Program-made: the position numbers and the translations under genes
Notes under the pieces: model-generated
Told to the model about the DNA's origin: nothing
The model's database searches: none
Seen by the model: only the letters and a program-made list of their open reading frames with translations
Assembly: GCF_001194135.2 (NCBI RefSeq)
Contig: NC_068998.1
Location: 17,396,746 to 17,460,745 of the forward strand
Reading direction: 5' to 3'
Source: Octopus bimaculoides
Taxonomy: Eukaryota
Length of the DNA stretch: 64,000 nucleotides
Part shown: positions 38,354-52,689 of the stretch, piece after piece
Numbering within the stretch: the stretch's first letter is position 1
Layout of the letters: every line of letters begins with the position of its first letter

Positions 38354-39379
38354 CAGTCAACCTTAATTAAGTAGACCTATGACAAAATGTATTCCGTCTA
38401 CAACCCTCTCATTTTTTGTGACCTTCACTTTATATAACACATCAAGATTTGATTTAAACCCAAGTGACACTGGTTCACGTGGTATGGTTCCTTGTTATAT
38501 TTTGAAAAAGCTATAGATGTGATAAAGCCGGCTCCAAACTTATATATCAAACTAACATTAGTGTTGATTGCTTGCTCATGTTAAAAATATCACGCTACTT
38601 TATGTGGCATTACTCTCTGCCTTCCTTCCTCACTTATTGTCTACCACTTTTGCTACACCTCCTCTTATACAATTACAACTTGTTTGTAATTGTTGAGGCA
38701 AATTACAACCTATTAATTGTAATTTACCTCCTTTACTTTTGCTTCTTGCTATTACTACTTCTCTATCTCCACTCTCTCCTATTCCTACTCCTACTGCTGC
38801 TTCATTCAATGTGCTTAAAGCACATGGAATAAGGACATCACCCTGAGTAATGTTTTCTACAGATTCTTAGTCACAGGAGACTTAGTCTCTCCTTCACTTT
38901 ATTAGCATACACACAGGAGACTAAGAATACGTGTGTACATAAATATATATTTATTTGAAACTTAGACTTACCCCAACCCTATGAATTTTCAAGCATATGT
39001 TTTGCATGCATATGTACATATGTACATATATACATACATACATCTTCACGGCATTAGCCAGTAATAACATGGATATACTGCCCTAGGTCTAGCAAGTGAT
39101 GCCAACATCCTGTCTGTTCTACTGTGTAAACCCACCTAAAAGAAATTGTTACTGTGATAGCAAAATCAAATGCTTGACCTGAACTGAACAATGTAAGCTT
39201 AAATACTCTCATCTGAAGCCATTTTTAATTTCTCTTTACTCCATCTCCAAACATATGAGATGTGGACATATCCTACGCCTATAAAACTTTATGTGAAACT
39301 GAGTCAGATTTGTTAAATGTATATAACTCCAACCAAAAATGTGTGGAGAGATACTTTTTTTGTTCACCTCATATATATA

Positions 39380-39426
<47 letters not shown>

Positions 39427-41504
39427 AAGAGAGACTGGTAGTAATTTTAAGATATGTATGTATAAATATGTGTGATAGAGAGTACATTAAATATCAATCA
39501 TCAATACTAATTGTTGGTTGCTAGTTCATGCTGAAAATGTCATGCTACCTTATAAGGAATTAATCAATGTTGCTTCTGTACTTGATAGATAGTTAAAAGG
39601 TATTATTGTTATTGATAATATATATTTTTTACAAATATAAATGAGGTAATTTGTTTTATTCAATGTAATAATTTAATATTTATATCTTGAAAATTTGAAT
39701 TTATTTTATTTTGCGATTTGAAAATAAAAAATTTATAATTATTGTGCACCTATGTAACATTACTTGATATCATTTATAGTGGCAAAAGTATATTCCCAAG
39801 CCATATTGCATGTAACAACTTATATCTAAGAACATTCAATGTAAAAAAATTTGTTTGAGAGAACAGTGTCTTTAGCTGTGTCTAGAATTTCATGTTTGAC
39901 TAATATTAAACATTTTACATATGTCATAGTATCTTATTTCTGGATATATATTATGATATATTCGTATTAAATATCTTCCGTCCCTTTTTTCCTGGACAGA
40001 CTAAAGGAAATTACAGTCTTGATGTGTAAGATATTTTACATTATCTATGTAAATTAATTTCCCATAACAAAGTATCTCTAGTGTTTCCCTAACAAACAGT
40101 TTTGGGGTTATTTACTAGATAACCTGTGGTTGCATTGAGCTATGATCACTTGACTTCCAAGACATAGCAACCAAATCCCTCTCTCACATCACATCCTGCC
40201 ATTTTATAAAACAAACATTGGACAATGTGGTCCTTCTGGAATGTCTTTGATCATAGTTTATTAAATCATAATTGGCCTGCACTAATCAACTATATGTAGC
40301 TCCAACAATGATAAATCACAATTTATCAGCTGTTGGAGCCATATGTAATTGGTCAACCACAGGTCAGTTATATTCTTGGTCTAGGAACAATTATTAATAC
40401 TCTCTCAACCAAACTGTCTATGGATATATCGAAAATCTAAAATCTTGTTGTGTAAATTCAGGAATTACAGTTGAATGAAATTAATGGAACTTCATGGAGT
40501 ATATGAATTAATTTTATATTAGAAAATATATGTCTAGCTGGGTCTAATACAGCTTAGAAGTTTTAACTCTTATAAAGAACAGGGAAGCCAAGAAAGATAT
40601 TATGATCCTCGAAATTGTTTGAGAGCAAAGTTAGAAATAATATAACATTAATTCATGTTATAGTCTGCTATGTAATTTTCATTGGATACTTGTAATTATT
40701 GAATCTACTTCACTCAATTTATTTTGGATATTAATCAATAAAAACACAGCTTGGATGAGAGATCACATGTGATTTCAACTGCATCAAAGTTGATGAAACC
40801 CTATGAGGTTGACAACTGCAATCTTTTGATTGTTAGACAGACATCTTCTTTCTAGAAGTTATAACTTTGAAATTGTTTTAGAGTAAAGAAAGAAGTACTT
40901 TCTTATAGAGGATTAATTTATATGCTCTATGCAGTTTTATGTAATTTTTTCACAGCAGAAATTGGTTTTGCTGTTACTGATCTTCCAATAATATCGCTTT
41001 TTGAAATTTGTGTGTAATATAAAAGTTGATAAAAGCATTAGCACATGTGAATCAACACATAACATAGAAATGCTTTAGTCTTAGTAATCCTTGTGTCTTT
41101 TATGTGTTATATTCGCTTGACAATGTTCATCTTTGTAGTGAAAAGCAAATATGCACTACTTTTTAATAAAAAAAAAAATATTGCTCTTATGTCAGAATCT
41201 TTTTTTTGTCCCTGGGAGAAAAAAAAAAGACCTGTGTTGTAATTTACTTTTGAATTTTGTCCAGTGTGTTTCAAAGAGAACAGACACTATTGAATGGATT
41301 AATAATGTTACTTTTTTTTTTTATATCATGTTGAACTTTTTTCTCTGTTAGCTGAGGTTGGTCATTCAGAATCTGCAGTGCTAGATATAGTGGTTATGAC
41401 TTAACAGCACATATCTAATTTTGCTTAACCAGCTATGTAAATTTCAAAACATCAGTCTCTTAATAGCTGAAGAATTTGTTTATATTTTAAACACACCTAC
41501 ATGA

Positions 41505-41866
41505 CCATGTGGTTAAGTTTGGTTCCAACCACATGGTTTTGAGTTCAATTCCATTTTGCAAAATTTTGGCAACAGCCATCTACTGTTGTATTAATTGAGG
41601 CAGTGCTTTGAGTGCAATTTGATAGAGGGAGCTTTATAGAAGCTCATTGTGTGTGTGTGTGTGTGTGTGTGTAAACCTGTTTATCATTTTAAACCAGTTT
41701 TAAGTTGTGTCGCTTTATATCACCAAATGTAGCTTAGTGAATTGTTAAATAGAGATTGATAAAATAAGTACCAGACTGAAAAACCTGGTGTTTATTTTAC
41801 TGGAGTCAGTATGATTAACAATACCCTAAAGGCAGTGCCTTGCCATGATTGAAACAAGTGAAAGAC
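41505..41866 (+). mobile_element. Old decayed Octopus-type SINE
   Basis: Head remnant ccaaccacatggttttgagttcaattcca, a (TG)n middle, then gataaaataagtaccagact and atgattgaaacaagtgaaaga. Confidence 0.7.
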
Positions 41867-42312
41867 GAGTGGCTTTTACTCAAAGGAAAATAAAATCCAA
41901 CAACTGTAGGCAATGGTTTCAAAATTACTTAGCCCTTTCTTTCATAACAGTAACTAAAAACTAACTTAATCTTGTAAATGAAGAAGCTGCTCTTAAGTGT
42001 AAAATAATATTGAGGATTATTTGTAATTCTTCCCTGTTATGAATCAATCCACAAATTAACCACTTAAGTGGTATGCTTTGTCAACACAGGTTCGTTTGCA
42101 TTTTCAATACTCTTATCTTGTTTTCACATTCTGTCATCTTTCTTATACTTTGCATTATCTGAAATCTATTTTGGTATCATCAATATTATCAATACCAAGT
42201 AAAAGTATGGATTGTGAGGATTTTTTGTCTCTTACATATTGTGATTGATGTTAATTTCTCCTTCATCTTTTATTCATTCTTCATTGTTTAGTGCATACTG
42301 TTATCCTTAACC

Positions 42313-42640
42313 TTAGTACTTCTGTTTCAATACAGATCTGCAAAATGTTTTAAATGAGCCACTGCAATTTATGTTTCTATAGGTTTGAATCTTACAGAAG
42401 TCTAAAATACAAGCTGAATTGAGAAATGTTTTAGGTTTTTCACTAAATATTTCAACCCTGTTTCTTATACAGCTGGAATTATCATATGGCAACAGGTGTA
42501 GAATCCTAATTGTCTGCTTGCAATCACCTCTTAACTTTGCAGGTTTTAACCTGTGGGAAATATTGCATGGCAATGAATCACAGATAGTTGAAGAAATTGC
42601 AGTGTCTGAAGGAACAAGCTGAGTGTGATTCATTGGATGT
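42313..42640 (-). mobile_element. Old CR1/L2-like LINE ORF2 relic
   Basis: ISHRLKPAKLRGD, NSACILDFCK and TYRNINCSGSFKTFCRSVLKQ loosely match LK..KA.GPD, N.S...G..P..WK and YRPI.LT....K.FER. Confidence 0.45.
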
Positions 42641-44169
42641 GCAAGTGGATTTAGAAAGTGAATAAATTGATTGATTGCATGCAGGAGCTCTGTGTTAATT
42701 TACTTATGTGATGAGGAAGTGTGATGTCTATTGGATAGAAAATGGTTGTGAGTAAGTAGTGATGGTAGTTCAAATGTAGGTAGGCTAAGGAAACTTAAAT
42801 AGATCTTGAAAGAAAAAATATTTTTATGTAGGAAGCACTCGTGAAACATGCTAGTATGATACAACTTACATTAAGTCGATAATTTTTAACTTTGGCACTA
42901 GGCCACCCATTTTGTGGAGATATGTACGTAGTTGATTTAATTGACTCCAATACATGAAAGGTACTTTATCATGTCTGTATGGGTGAATAACAAAGTCAAT
43001 TTAGGTTGGATTTTAATGGATAAACGTAAAGGTCTGGAACTGAATACACTATGCTTTCTACCAACTCACTACTTTTTATGAAGCCAATAAATTGTAGGGG
43101 GGAAAAAAAAAATCTTTCTTATATTGCCACTGTCAGTTGACTTTTCATTTTACTGTGAGTCTTTCTCACAGGTTCTATAACATTTATTTAACTTTACAGT
43201 TTTGTGACTATCATCAATCATTCATTTGTTCATTTTTCAATGTTTCCCAATGATATTTTTTTAGAAAATACTATGCTTATGTGTTTCGGTTTGGAATACA
43301 TTCAAGAACTTGGAGGAATTTAGTAAAATAACTTTCAAGCTAACAAAAAATTCTTACATGAAATTAATGTTGTTTTTTATTGTTTAAAAAGAGCACTTTA
43401 AAATAGTCAAGTTTGTTGCATAGGAAAAGAGGCATTTTGGTATCAAAAGGTTTAATCTGATTTTTATAAACACTAATTTTTTTCTTTTATGCTGCACTAC
43501 ATGCATCTGCTTATATCAAGCCATTTTCTCAGCTAGTTTACACTCACTGAGAATTTAGATTTGTCATTTTTTTTATTTGCTTGCATTATACATTCTACAT
43601 CTTCCATTCCACTGAAGCATATGTGTATAGTTTATATTTATGACAGTGCAAAACTATATGCAACATGGCCTTAAGTGTTGTTTGAAATTCTATGGCTTTT
43701 TATTCTCTTCCACATAATTTTTGTTTTAGCATTACTGCATTTTACTTTATAGAAGTATACACTTGTTTCTCTTTATCTTATTTTAGATTTTCTACAAATA
43801 GTCTTCTCTCCCCTCCCCCCCACACACGTGCCAGCTGTTGAATTTACTTTGAGAACTTCTTGATCACAGTGTCATGAATCACATTGTAATGCAAAGATTA
43901 TCCATAGAAATTTCATACTTGCTATCAAAATAGAATTTTGATTTGATTACTTCACAAGGAGTTAAACTTTTAACTTTTTAAAATTTATTATCTTCATTAT
44001 TATACAATGGGGAAACTTGTGGTAAGAGTACATATTACAGTTGCCTCTGTTTCTATATAAACCATTTTTGATTGTAATTGCTCTTATTTTATTAATACTA
44101 CTATAACTGTCTCATCTATCATACTTTAACCTCTCAACAATTTGCATATAACCAACTCCCTCTCTACTA

Positions 44170-44425
44170 TATTCCCTTTCAGTTGAGAGGGCTTTTTATT
44201 CTTGTTGGATACATGTCAATCTCACTAATGCTGGTGCCACAAAAAAAGAAAAAGAAAGCACTTGGTACTCACTCTAAAGTGGCTGGTGTTAAGGACATCC
44301 AGCTTTAGAAATCATGCTAAAACTGAGATATTGGAGAACAACATTATCCTCCCATTGGCCACTGTTGAATTGTCCAACCCATGCCAGCATGGAAGGCAGA
44401 TATGAAGTGATGATAATAATTATGA
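44170..44425 (+). mobile_element. RTE-type 3' tail or SINE tail fragment
   Basis: tgctggtgccac..aaagcac..ggtactcactctaaagtggctggtgttaaggacatccagc..gtccaacccatgccagcatggaagg followed by an (ATG/AAT)n tail. Confidence 0.7.
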
Positions 44426-45677
44426 TGATTCATTAATATTTACATTCACTTTTAGATTTGCTTTCAATATGTTAATTGTACCAACTTTTAAGATAATTGT
44501 TGAGATGTCATTCATAAACCTTTTAGGACAACCATAAATAGTAATATATTCCAAAAGAGCCTTGGAGAAATTCTTGAAATCTCCAATTATAGGTTGCATA
44601 TTTTAGTTTGAACTACTGAACTTTGATTCTTTGCAAATCATTTGATTTGCTAGAAATAACTGGTAAATAACTTTTAAACCACACCCTACTATTTAAAAAA
44701 AAGACAAATTGGATAATGTGGTCCCTGGAACACAGTGCTAAGCAAATAAGATGGATGTTCACAACTGCCTTTAATTATAAGACTGTACAGTCAAACCTAG
44801 GTCTAAACAACTTTCTTCACTTGATATATTACTCAATCTTTTTAGGTCTTTAACAAATAGTATTTTCCCTAAATAACATTTTATTGTAATAAAGGTTTTT
44901 TCATATCAATACCTTGTATGAAATTTAGTTTATTGTATCAAACATTTTCATTAGTTCAATATATTTTACTCAATTTTAGGACCATTCATAATTGTTGATG
45001 TTCTGTTGAAAAAGACTTCAAACTAGCACACTGTATGTCTTTGTGCTTTTTTTGTTTTTGTGTGCCTTTGTGTTTGTTTGAGTGTGGATGGTAATTTCTA
45101 TGAATTTGTATGTAGAATATAAAAGTTTAATTATGATAAAATAATGTTTTTATGTATTTATTTATAAGCTATTAAAGCTGCTAGTATCTTACAATATCAT
45201 TTTTTCCCTAAATTTGTATGCAAACTTATCAGTTCCATACTTTCTACTCGACTGAAGATTCAAATTATATGCTTGTTCTCATTACCAAGTTATTCTTTTC
45301 ATAAAGCTGGGGGTTTTTTGCTGTAAGATTTTGTGTCAGTATTTTGAGTTGCCTTCAAGTGAAATTTCCTCAGACTTCACATTAACCACATCATTTCAAT
45401 TTGACAGTAATGCAGGCAATGTCAGATTTAAAATACTGAGGTCTTAGTAAATCAAAACGCATTGACAGGAAGAAAATTCCTGAGCTGGAGAAAGTTAGAT
45501 TGGGTGCAGTCTTTATTTAAGGTCTAAGCTGTGGGAGTAGATTAGATTGAGCTATAAAAAGTAGCTGAAACAAATGGATTTGACAGGGAACCAGCAAATT
45601 TGAAGAATCAGGAATATATGTATAACTGATAAGAAAATGGAATCAATATTTGTTAGGGAATGGGAGCTTCCTAAAGA

Positions 45678-45895
45678 GAGCTGGCAGAATTGTTAGCATA
45701 CCGGGCAAAATGCTTAGTGGCATTTTGTCCGTGTCTACATTCTGAGTTCAAATTCTGCTGAGGTTGACTTTGCCTTTCATCTTTTCAGGGTTGATAAATT
45801 TGGTATCAGTTAAACACTGGGGTTAATGTAATTGACTAGCCCCCACCCCCAAAATTTCAGGCCTTGTGCCTTTAATAAAAGGATTATTATTATCA
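45678..45895 (+). mobile_element. tRNA-derived SINE (second family), near full length
   Basis: gagctggcagaattgttagcataccgggcaaaatgcttagtggc...ttctgagttcaaattctgctgaggttgactttgcctttcatc...aaaatttcaggccttgtgcc...ggattattattat. Confidence 0.85.
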
Positions 45896-48800
45896 TCATC
45901 ATCTGAATGTAGTTCATTAGTGTTTTAGTGAGGACTATTTTATAACATTGCTTAACCAGATTACTTATACAACTTAATTTTGCATTTTCCTGCCTGATTA
46001 ATTCTACACCTGTTAATTACTATTTAACTGATGTCTTCAACATTGTGCAACCCAAAATAGTGAAAATAGTAATAAAATTGAAACATATTTTGCATTCCAG
46101 GCTGGGTTAATTTTACCATTTCAGTTATTGGCATCTTAATACAAAACAATTTTAAAACCAAAATAAAGAATGGTTCCTATTTTAATTGATAAGCAGAATA
46201 TTGAGCTCTAGCTAAGAGGAAATTGCAGTGCATGTAAGAAGGCTTTAAGTCCAGTAACCTGGTCTCCTTAATAGCTCTATCTCTATGATTCTGTTTTTGT
46301 TTTTATTTGAAGAAAAGAAAAACTTTTTTTTTGTCTATAATCTTTTACTATCTGATGAAATTTTATAGTACATTAACTATCAAAAAATTAATCTAAAAGC
46401 AGATCTAAAACAACTTACTTTACGATTATGAATGGTTGAATGAATCTTTGTTTCTTATACCTGTGTAAGTAAATTAGCTCTTTTCACTTCAATTGTTTAT
46501 CTCTAAGCTAACTTTTCACACAATTTCAAGTCAGCAGTACAAGTCATCAGAACACTCTTCATTTATACAATATTCATAGCTTATAGCATTAAGCTTCACC
46601 TTTTCATACTGTCACTTTACATTTAAATGGACTGATATAGCAAGGTTTGCGTTTGTGTATTTCTGTCATAGTCACAGTACTGATGTTAGGATGTGAATCA
46701 TTCCATGGTTGGTCAGCACTTTATTCATCAACTGTGATTTGATTTTATATTAAGTGTATAATGTATTTATAGACTTGCAGAAAATAATGAAAATTGTTTA
46801 TAATTCCTATTTGTAGAGATAAGTAATTGAATAATATAAAACAAAATTTATTTTTGTATTTTCTTTTTTTTTTTCAGGTTTGTATTTAAGATTTTTTGAA
46901 ATCATTTTTAAATGAAAAAAAAATATATATATACATAGCCCTCTCAAACAAACTAAAATCCATTCACAGTTGGATTTTAATGTTACTTAATGGACTACAA
47001 ATTTGTCTCCATTAGTGGAGGAAGTTGAATTCTTGTTTGTCTTTACTCATATAAATGGAATGTTGTAAAAATACACCTGGGTCAATCAATGATAGATATA
47101 AATTTATTGTTAACACTTGAAACAAGGTGTTAAAAGAAAAATAAGATAGTTTTCACCTATGAAAATTAATAAAAAAAATTATCTCTAGAAATTTGGATAT
47201 TAGTAAAAGCAGATGATGCTTTATATATTTTCATATGAAATAATCAATTAACCTGAATTCTTAGAAGTTAACTTTTTTACTTCTTTCCTAAAGTAATTGA
47301 ATATAGATGAGTATACAAGTTATAATAATCAATTGAGAAAGAAAATGAATTTTCAATCAATAAAGCTATCATGTCATTTAAGACACTAATTTTAGTTTTA
47401 AAGGAACCTCCTAGATTCCTTTAAAACAGAATTAGCTTGCATTTTTATGTAATCATTAAACATGAGAGATGGAATTCTTTTGAAAGGCCTGCAGACGTCT
47501 CCTTGACTTGTGCCAAAGAATTTTGAAATAGTTGATCTATTTCTACTCTAATAGCGGTTCATAGCAATTCTTCATCTGTGTCAGTGACATAACATTCTTA
47601 GAATGTTTGTAGGCTGAATATCTTTCCAGTAAAGCATATTCATCTCTTAAGTCTTTGCTTGACATTTGTCTTTGTCGCTCGTCTTTCCCTGTCATATTAA
47701 ATTCCACTGGTCACAATAAACATTCTTTAGTTATTAGCAAGAGCAGAAGTTTTCATGATCACTTTCCATTATAAACATCAGTCACAATGTTAACTCAAGC
47801 TTCTAAACATTCTGTTCTCACATACAACATATTTATTATTCACATCTCTCACATTCTCTAGCTCAGAATTTTATGCTAGCCTATGTCAATGTATTTTATA
47901 AACTGAGTGTTTAGACTTCGTTAGACAATAAAATACTACAAAACTAATGTTATCTGCATCATACTGATAATCTACATTAACAAGTGACACTGCTACTGTA
48001 CTTCTTTTACTTAGATGCATATTCAGTCTTTTAAGTTTTGTTGAAAATGATGCAGACACATTTTATATAGCCTTCTAGCATGCGGTGTCATCTCTGATCC
48101 ATTTTTTCATTTGGTTCATGCTCATTTCCTTGATATTTTTTTTCTTTTAAATGAATTTGTTTTGCTGCATTATTTTTACTTTAATTCTTTGGAAAGTTGG
48201 GCAATATGAAAAATAGTGATTATTCTCTATGGATGATAGAAAAGGCTGTACAGTGTGTATCTAAGGTTGTGTTCTTAACTAGCATGCCAGAGATTTATAA
48301 AGAATGACAGACAATTAGAGGAAAAGTTACAGCATGAAGTTTGAGCATTCGTTAATCTATATAAGACATGAAAGGTAGACGCTGAAAGAACAAAAGTTAA
48401 CACATTGAGAGTGGTATATATTTCCCTCCTAGAATAACTTTAGTTTTAACATTTTGAGCGCTTGCTTTGTTAGATTCGAGAACATTGATTTACCATTGTT
48501 TGTTGGCAAGGTATATGATGCTACATGGTAGTGAAATATAGTCAGAATTGAAAAGGAAGAAAGGAAAGAAAAAAGAATTAGATATTACTGTATAAATTAT
48601 ATAGGAAAGCAGCTAATACTAGTAGAGAATTGTTAAGGGTAATTATATGAGAGAAGTATTGAAGGCACCTGATTTCTTACTTTTGGATATAAGGTATGTC
48701 TTTAGTATTGTTATGATGATTAGTTGTTCTGAAAAGTTAAAATGCATTGGATATAGCATAAAGAATTACATAACTTAAGGAAACTGTTGAACATAATGTT

Positions 48801-51800
48801 TCCATTTTAGACATTAAAAGATTTTCATGTTATCTGTTCATTTTCAAAAGATAAATATGCATGCTCATGTCTGAACATTAAAATAAGAATTTTGTTTTTC
48901 TTAATGTAGGTGAATTTAAATTGTGTCATTTTGCTGTAATATTTTTTTTTTTTTAATATGCCTCAAATCATTATGTATTATTAATTAAATTATTTCAACT
49001 TTAAATACCAAATATGATTGGCATATCTGAAATCTTTTGGATTTTTTAATAATCATTTTTGATCTTATAATTAGATTAATAATCTATAATTTTTTTAATC
49101 ATAAATTTTAAATGTGCATACAAATGTGATTTAGCAAATGGAATAGAAGTAAATGTATTTTTCTTGCTTTTTTATCATCATAACATTTTAAACTTAAAAA
49201 TTGGTTTGAATATAAGGCTTTTAAAAATGCAAAAGAATTTGCTTGTGACTTTCAAAATTTACTAATGCTTTTATTATAGCATTCTATTTTCTTTCCATAA
49301 CATTTCACAATCCTTTTAGTATCTTTTGAAAGGACCCTGAATTTCATCCATTTTGACAAAAAGCAAATGTAATTTCTATTTTGCATCCTAACAGAAATTA
49401 GGTTGCTCAGTCCATTATGATGATTGTCCTATCACCTTCTTTTGGTCTTTCATTTCTGTCTGGTGGCTATATTGAAAGAGGTAGTATGGTGCAAGCAGCT
49501 GAAAGGGCTAAGGACAAACACTGTCTCAATGGTTAAGTCCTTAATTACTTTTCAGTTTTCATTTGGAAAGAATGGTAAGGGTGGAGAGAGAGTACTTGCC
49601 CTCTAGTAAAGTTTTTGAAAGTTATGAGAGAAGTTATGAGAGAAGTAAGCATATGTGTCTGTAGGCTGGGAACACAGCTGACAGAAGGCACTCAGCAGAC
49701 AAGCCAATCTTTTGATCTCTGAAATTCTTTGATAGGCCTTAAGTAACAATCGTCCTACCCAGCGACTATATCACATATTTGTATATTGTATTGTCACGCT
49801 TCATTAATTTCAGTTTCAGTGTCCTTCTGATGTCCTCTCATCCATTGCCCTTGTAGCAACAATAGTTATTATTTCTGAATATATTGTTTGCTTCACTCAT
49901 TTTTTTCAATTATAGAAAATTGTACATTGAATTAGCAGTATGGCTTTTCCTTCATAAAAGGTTTTACTACTTGTACAATTTTATAAGCATTAAATTAATC
50001 TCTTTCCTCTCTCTGAAATAGGTTTGATAACAATATTAAGCTTTGGTTTGCAACTCTTCGTAATCATGGGCTGATAGTTTAATCAAGAACTTTGCCTGGA
50101 TATTTATCAAGTAATAATAAATTTTATGAATAATTATAGTCTGGTGTAAATATATTATGAAGTTTTCCCTCAGATTATAGTATGTATATATCTATCAGTA
50201 TTTTTAGATGTTTTTAATTTTCTTTCTATAGCGGAATATGGATTCCCTGCATAGAATTGCATCATATAAAGTTTGCCATGTTTAAGAACTCATTTCAAGT
50301 GTATGGCTCTTATCTTTATCATAATCCTTCTTATTATTATCCTCATGAAGCTCTTCTGAAAGTAGCTGAAAAGTAGAAACTTAGGATTGTGCAAGTTAAT
50401 AACAGTGTTTGAGAAGTTGAGGATTTGTGTTTTCTAGTATGCAGCAAGGTTATACTGCAAAGTATGACATAAGTTGAAACATATTCATGAAACAGTTTCA
50501 AACAGGGTTATAGCACACCCAGCAAGTAAAAAGATCTGTTGTAGTTATAGCGAAAGAGATTTTATGAAAACTGCATGACAATCTATGAGTGACTGGTGAT
50601 TGTCGATCATGTCAACGACAATTTTTTCAACATTACACACTAAGATATCCATGATTAAGAAGACTGTATTCAGTTACAGAGAGGTGGTTAGTGTAGATTA
50701 AGAAGACTGCTTTCAGTCACAGAAAATTTTATGTTTAAGCATGTCATGTAAATGTTCAAAGCTAAAGGAGTTATTCACACTTGCAAAAGCAAACTCATCT
50801 TCAAACAATTTTTGCCAGGTTCATGAAATGTCCAAAGCATGTTTTTGAGCATATTGTAAAGTAAGAACCACTGTTTTTGTATGTTGGGGATTAGACAATG
50901 CAATTAGTAACGTTTATTAGATCACCTTTACAAGGCATATTTAAAGGTTTTCTTTGACAGAAGTTATTATTGTTAAGTGTCTTAGAGTGGATGAAAGAAT
51001 ATGAGAAATATGAAAGGTAATTTTGTTAGCACAAGAATGTATAGTTAAACGTCTTGATATAAAGCATTAACCAGACTGGCAGTGGCTAACCTGAAATTTG
51101 GAACCAGCAAAGTAGAAAATTATCTCACCTGCAAATTCTGTGATAAGACCCATTCTCATTTAGTGTATTTCTAGCATTTCTGAAGAATTGTTTGAATTTT
51201 CTTTATTTTGTCCCTTAGATGGAGATTAAAACTTAGACTTCATATTACAGACCAATCCATTCCAATTAAGATTTTTTTGTTTCATTCATCTTCTTCATTA
51301 AATAACTACTCAGACATATTACTTCAATATTTGTGCACAAATTACTAGAATTTTTATAATAAAAAAAAAATTGTCTAACAATTCTCTAAAATTAACTTCA
51401 CACTCTAAACTGCCTAAATGGATTTTCATATTTCTAAACAGATGTGTAAGAGTTAGTATTAAATTTTCATATATATTTGTAAATTGTTTAAATGCTTGGT
51501 TTTTTTTTTCAGAAACAATAGCTTGCCTACTAATGCAAGTGCATCATAGCAAGAATTAGTGATCATTCAATGCAAAAAGCAATCTAATAATAAAGCATTA
51601 TAAGAACTTGTCTAATGAACTCTTTTCAATGCTTGATTTGATGTCAGTAAAAGCCATCTACTCCTCGTTCCACTTGAAGCAGATAATGCTCATGTGGTTT
51701 CCAAACCTTGTTAGTGATGCTAACAGTGAAAGTCGTTTTTGTTTTTTTTTTTTCTTTTCTACATGAAGTGATGTTGGTTTCATGAATCTTTAAGCTCTGG

Positions 51801-51814
51801 CGAAGAGATATCTA

Positions 51815-51900
51815 ATCATCATCATCGTTTAACATCCACTTTCCATGCTGGCGTGGGCTGGACAATTTGACTGAGAACTGACTGTACCAGGCTGACAACT
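51815..51900 (-). mobile_element. RTE-type 3' tail fragment
   Basis: catcatcatcgtttaacatccactttccatgctggcgtgggctggac is the reverse complement of the shared tail. Confidence 0.75.
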
Positions 51901-51914
51901 GAAATTACCAAATA

Positions 51915-52270
51915 CCTGAGGGTTTAAAGAGTTTACATTTTCTCCTATGTAGAAGTTATTTATCATGTTTGATTGTACTTGAGTGCCTTATGCTTAGTTT
52001 ATATTAGCTATTTGAATGCCATGTTATTGTCCTCTTTGAGATTAGAATTTGTTTTTTAAGATATAAGAATTCATCTGATTTAGTGTCATCTCTTAATCCA
52101 TTGCAGCACAGATCCTCTGCAATGGATTAAGAGCTGTTATTAATCTTGAAGAGGACAATAACATGGCAGTCAAAAAGCTAATATTAACTATGCGTAAGGC
52201 ATTCAAGTGCAAGCAAACATCGTAAAATACGTTCTAGTTAGGGGAGAGTGTAACTCTTCAAACCCTCAGA
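51915..52270. mobile_element. Fold-back MITE, probably Tc1/mariner-derived
   Basis: Arms of about 130 bp (51915-52043 and 52141-52270) are inverted copies, for example atgccatgttattgtcctct and agaggacaataacatggcag. Termini are TA-cctgagggtttaaagag and ctcttcaaaccctcaga-CA. There is a nested perfect 17-bp hairpin, ctcttaatccattgcag and ctgcaatggattaagag. Confidence 0.8.
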
Positions 52271-52689
52271 CATTTAGCAATTTCATTTGTCATTAGTTTT
52301 CTCCTTGCTAGAGCTTAAAGAATCATAAAGGGCCAACATTGCATTTTATGTACTTTGAAGTTTGTTTATTCAACTGCAAATGACAGTAAGTTATATCACA
52401 ATTATTTCAGTAATGTTTTAATGCATACCTTGTATATTCACTAAAATATCAAATGAAGTATTTCATGTCTTTACTGATGAAATGTTTTCATACTTCAGTA
52501 ATTTTTTTAACTAAAAATATTTAACATAGTTTAGTGATACTCTCATGAAATGTAATATTAAAATTCATGTATTGAATATGCTTTTCTCTTTAAAGTTTAG
52601 TTTGAGTAGAGATGAAATGTTTTGATTAGACATAACGATTATATTTAATGAGTTCTTAGTCAACTTGTAGATGTTTATGACAGCAGCTG

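Noticed and set aside
48890-48916. Further AG|GT fusions (48909 gtgaat, 50021 gtttga, 1167 gtacat, 42088 gttcgt, 6015 gtgagt)
   Set aside because: Each has a weak donor or no polypyrimidine tract, and 6015 lies inside the gypsy relic.
50653-50723. Repeat-spacer-repeat resembling a CRISPR array
   Set aside because: Only two imperfect units, in a eukaryotic context with no cas genes.
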